From contig NZ_WVZN01000017.1 of the NCBI RefSeq assembly GCF_011772445.1, forward strand, positions 67,622 to 131,621: a DNA stretch of 64,000 nt. The letters run 5' to 3'. The notes under the pieces are model-generated. The model was not told where the DNA came from, did no database searches, and saw only the letters and a program-made list of their open reading frames with translations. How positions within the stretch are numbered: position 1 is the stretch's first letter; each line of letters opens with the position of its first letter. Origin of the DNA: Hydrogenophaga sp. GTDB taxonomy: Bacteria > Pseudomonadota > Gammaproteobacteria > Burkholderiales > Burkholderiaceae_C. Below are positions 63,882 through 64,000 of the stretch, piece by piece. A program made the position numbers and the translations under genes.

Positions 63882-64000
63882 CGGTAGAACACGTCCACCA
63901 GGAACATCGGCACCGCCGGCACGTAGGTCACCAGCAGCAGCAGGGCCATGAGCACGCCGATGAAGGGCAGGTTCACGCGCGTCACCTTCCACATGTCGGC
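63878..64000 (-). CDS. 3' end of a probable TRAP transporter large permease (DctM), truncated by the window edge
   Basis: ADMWKVTRVNLPFIGVLMALLLLVTYVPAVPMFL..stop, typical DctM C-terminus; overlaps the ECH start. Confidence 0.65.
   Translation of the reverse strand, partial: ADMWKVTRVNLPFIGVLMALLLLVTYVPAVPMFLVDVFYR

Overview
High-GC betaproteobacterial chromosome segment. Gene content (five Bug/TctC solute-binding proteins, a GN-type porin, gcvTHP behind a glycine riboswitch) points to Comamonadaceae; this placement is inferred. About 65 CDSs are supported. Core genes include aroC, aroQ, aroE, gcvTHP, ETF-QO, scoAB, gabD, ggt, alaS and tRNA-Gly(CCC). Two riboswitches are clear: a tandem glycine switch and a yybP-ykoY Mn2+ switch. 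Accessory blocks are interleaved with the core genes. Best leads: (1) a LysR-divergent Rieske oxygenase alpha/beta-Bug-MFS-sulfurtransferase operon with no ferredoxin, reductase or dihydrodiol dehydrogenase (48.2-55.0 kb); (2) an IclR-controlled catabolic operon of unknown substrate, with an RraA/HMG-type aldolase, 2-hydroxyacid dehydrogenase, cyclase-family hydrolase, lactonase and three Bug proteins (25.4-33.0 kb); (3) an MNT-HepT toxin-antitoxin pair whose toxin appears to lack its catalytic core through an in-frame deletion; (4) two vapBC operons 43 kb apart that share TGATGC/GCATCA operator half-sites; (5) an FG-GAP beta-propeller lipoprotein gene broken by a 1-bp frameshift; (6) a two-domain Ivy lysozyme inhibitor; (7) a multi-hairpin element at the 5' end of a DMT gene. 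I saw no integrase, transposase, CRISPR array or rRNA. All family assignments come from motif recognition by eye; no database searches were run. Several start codons were trimmed from the over-extended ORF track.
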